From the human T2T-CHM13v2.0 reference genome, Homo sapiens, in contig CP068257.2 of assembly GCA_009914755.4 (NCBI GenBank), forward strand, positions 8,704,001 through 8,768,000: 64,000 nt of DNA, read 5' to 3'. The translations under genes were made by a program, and so were the position numbers. A model generated the notes under the pieces. It saw nothing but the letters and a program-made list of their open reading frames with translations, did not search any database and was not told the origin of the DNA. Shown here one piece after another: positions 60,041-64,000 of the stretch (positions within the stretch are counted from its first letter, which is position 1; every line of letters starts with the position of its first letter).

Positions 60041-60352
60041 CCTAGAAAGGGAAGAACCACGGTTTGCGTGAGATCTCGGGGTCTACATTTAGTTCCCGGG
60101 CGCTTCACGTGATGCCGAGGAGGATGGCGGGGCACGGGTGGGCGAGGGTGGGTGGAGCGGGGAGGTAGTGGAGTTGAGCTGCGGAAAGGAGAGCAGGCCT
60201 GGCCGCTGCCCGGGTCGGTATTTCCCGGGGTGGAGGTCTCCGCCTACACCACTGAAGAACGCGGGGGTGGGGGTGTACTGTCTGGGGGGGCGGGGGAAGG
60301 GATGAGAGCCCTGCCTGGGCTGGCCCCAAACCCTAGCCGGCTGCCCGCGGAC

Positions 60353-60366
60353 CCGCGCATGCGCAG
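60353..60366. promoter_or_regulatory. NRF1-type palindromic motif GCGCATGCGC
   Basis: ccgcggacccGCGCATGCGCagtagacggccc. This is the canonical NRF1 (alpha-PAL) site often found at TATA-less CpG-island promoters. The E-box CACGTG lies 250 bp upstream. Confidence 0.5.
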
Positions 60367-60690
60367 TAGACGGCCCATCTCTGAGTACCTGGGCTGGCTC
60401 TGAAATCCTTGGGATGCTCAGGAAAGAATGACAGCCCTCCTTTCTGTGGAGTCTCTCACTGGACTTGGACTCAGGGATCCTAGACAGGTCAGCTGGAAGG
60501 GAAGACACAGGTCTCCATACCGAGCCAGAGGTTCACCGCGAAAGAGGAGCCACCGACCTGCCCCCACCCGGTCCCAACCCCGCTTCCTAAAGCTCCTCCA
60601 ACTGAGCCGAGTGTTCTTCCTGGCTGAGGAGTGGTTCCAGAAAAGCAGGCTCTTCCAAGTCCTTCAAATCCCTCAGCGGCTTCGTTGCTA

Positions 60691-61625
<935 letters not shown>

Positions 61626-64000
61626 TCAGTTGGCCTCTGTGCTGCAGGCAGGTCCAGGCAGGAGTCCGACCCCGCCAGTGGCCCTTATAAAGACCCACCA
61701 GCTTCACGCCTTCATGAATATGCATGAACACCCAAGGGCCCTGGGTAACCTGCCCTCCGAAGGGCCCAGAAACCACAGACACAGGGCCTTGTGTGGTAGG
61801 TGAAGGTGGGGCCAGATCAGCTGGGAAAGGGGGGCTTCTGGGACTGGCTGTCTGAGTTCTCCAGAATTCTACAGAAACTGGAAGTTTCTCTCTGGGTTCA
61901 CACACGATTTCAGGGAGAAACCACCCTGGAAGGGTGGAGTGTGGAACTGAACCTCCATGATAGTCTTGATTTTCCAGGCCCTCTCCGTGAAGCCGGCAAT
62001 GCCTGTGGGTGTCGCCGTTGCCGTGATAGTCACACACGCAGGTGTGTGGATCTCATTCATTTTTTTATTTTCATTTTTTATTTCTACCTCTTAAAGTCAA
62101 TGATAAAGTCATGAGTGTAAAATGAATGCATTTAAAAACATAAAAGATACATTTCAATGACAAGAAATATGCAATGATCATGAAAATCTACTGTACACTT
62201 TGCCAAGGTCAAAGAATGAAAGACAATATGGAAAAGCCAATCCTCAAATATATCCTTAACAAAAACTCTCTCCTACATAGTAAAAGCATCATCTAAACAG
62301 CAGCTCCAACCGAGAAAAAAAATACAACAAAAAACAAAACAAAACAAAAAAACAGCAGGGTAGATGGGACAGATAACTTTCCCCAGGTTTTCCAGATAAA
62401 AACATGTGGTCACCAGGAATTCAAGGTAACTTCAAAAGCCACATTTAATTCAAAATAAAATGAACACTTCTGACAGATGACAGCAGTATGATACTGACTT
62501 TTTTCTTTCCTAGATACAAATGATATGGGGCATTTCTTAACAGTTTAGTAATCGTCTAAGAATAACTGTAGAAATAACCCCAATTCCACCGTCCCAGCCA
62601 CTGGTATAAAACAAATAACCTTCCATTGATACTGTCTTTCACATAACTACAATATCCTCACTTACTTGGAACAATTTCATGCTTACACATGATCACAAAC
62701 ACTTGTTTTTAGATGTTGTTGAATTATTGGAGCTGAGATTTTTTAAACAATATCTGAATCTTAGCAGAGAGCAAATAATCATTTCACTATACATTGATTG
62801 GGCTTCCTTAACCAAATCTGAGAAACTACTATAATAATAATGCTGGTGGTAATCCATGATACTCTCAAATTTTTCCCTTTAAGAAATATATAATCCATGT
62901 AACTCTAGCAAATATGTTACATTGCACACTTTCTTAACAAGGAATGGCTGTTTTCAGGCCTTATTAGGAAAACAAAGAAACAAACAATGGCAGTTACTAT
63001 CTGTTTTTTATCACTGATAAGCTACAATAAAGCTCAAATATGACAGTTTAATTGTGTGATATTAAGTAAAAAATGAAAACTATTATAGTTTTACCAAAAG
63101 AAACACAAAAAATGTGGGAAGAAGTCAAATGAGCATGGCATAAGTCCCAAAGATTACACTATGATTCTGAACAGGATTTTCCAAACAAAGGGTATCTACA
63201 TACAATTTCTGTGGATATTTCTTGTAATAGAAAGATCCAAAGCAAATGTAGGCTCAGCCCTACCTTGTCAAAGATAAATATTCAGATAAACTAGAAGTTC
63301 GATCTGCTAAAGTGCATCCGCTGACCAGATCTACCATGGCGCTGCTACTTAGAGCCATCTAAGAAAGTGGCCTCACTCATGCTCATTCACCTGTTCTGTG
63401 GCCTATCAAGAGTCACACATAACAATGGTTTTGCTTTTTTTAAAAAAAAAACAAATACTTTATACAGTGAACTACAGAAAAAACAATTCTAAATATACTT
63501 TTAAAATTCTAGAGAGTTAAGGTAACCTCATTTTTTAAAATACTGAAAATGTAAAGGGTCCATATAAAGAGTTGTATTAAGTACATACTTCCTATTTTAA
63601 TAATTCACTTGCTGTGCTCTTAAAATCTCTATGAGAGAAGCAGATATTTTACTCGTGTCTTTTGGCAAGAGATTCAAAAGCAAAAGTAGCAGGGCTGTAA
63701 AATTTCATAAAATTTGTGGGATTTTTAAAAGCTAAATTATTCAATATTTTGTATTGTTATTGCACTCATATATTGCCCGGAATATATATACAGCAACCCA
63801 GCAACAGTGATTGCAACAAAAGTAAGGTAAATAGGTCTACAAAGCATTTGATTTCCTTATTAGATAAGTGAAGTTTTCATAGAGGAAGTGCAAATTCAGA
63901 TCAGGTTACATAAGCTTAACAATTATTCAAACCTTATATAAAATTAAATCTAACCCTCACCACTACAAATCTGTAAGGAATCACTGTCAGGAATCTACAG

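Noticed and set aside
61869-62060. A 63-aa ORF on the minus strand starting MNEIHTPACVTITATATPTG at the right edge of the CpG island, considered as a possible small-protein first exon
   Set aside because: It has no homology I can recognise and no Kozak or splice support. It begins in a T-rich boundary tract. The island as a whole is flagged, but this ORF is not.

Overview
This window is primate (human-type) intergenic DNA made almost entirely of interspersed repeats. I found no bacterial or phage-like system and no convincing cellular protein-coding exon. The long ORFs in the six-frame track are either decayed retroelement ORFs (LINE-1 ORF1/ORF2; endogenous retrovirus protease, reverse transcriptase and integrase) or artefacts of low-complexity repeats.

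Broad layout:
- 1-13245: one old + strand LINE-1 carrying five nested insertions. These are a dead full-length L1PA on the - strand with a 12-bp target-site duplication, two Alus, a full-length THE1/MST-type MaLR element with both LTRs, and a THE1 solo LTR that itself carries an Alu.
- 16161-22090: a HERV-K LTR5A/B solo LTR beside a gammaretrovirus-like (HERV-H-like) pro-pol-integrase remnant. The remnant is split by an antisense THE1 LTR that contains an Alu.
- 22540-24900: an antisense L1M.
- 25765-30289: an older L1PA with an internal deletion that fuses the ORF1 N-terminus to ORF2.
- 30560-45000: scattered MLT1, THE1 and MST LTRs, Alus, a MIR and L1 fragments. One MST LTR shows a triple nesting (LTR, then an L1 3' piece, then an Alu).
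- 47745-56000: a second old + strand L1, split by a second dead full-length L1PA on the - strand (TSD AAGACTAAAT).

Non-transposon features worth a second look:
- A 380-bp pure polypurine (GGAA/GAAA)n tract.
- Three minisatellites: a 48-bp unit inside L1 ORF2, a ~62-bp tandem duplication, and a GC-rich ~34-bp unit present about 6.5 times.
- The most interesting: a ~4.4-kb CpG-rich island at 57600-62050, sharply bounded and sitting in otherwise AT-rich, repeat-dense sequence. It carries an NRF1 palindrome, an E-box, Sp1-like GC boxes and embedded GT-rich and polypyrimidine microsatellites. It is a candidate orphan promoter or unannotated transcription-start region.
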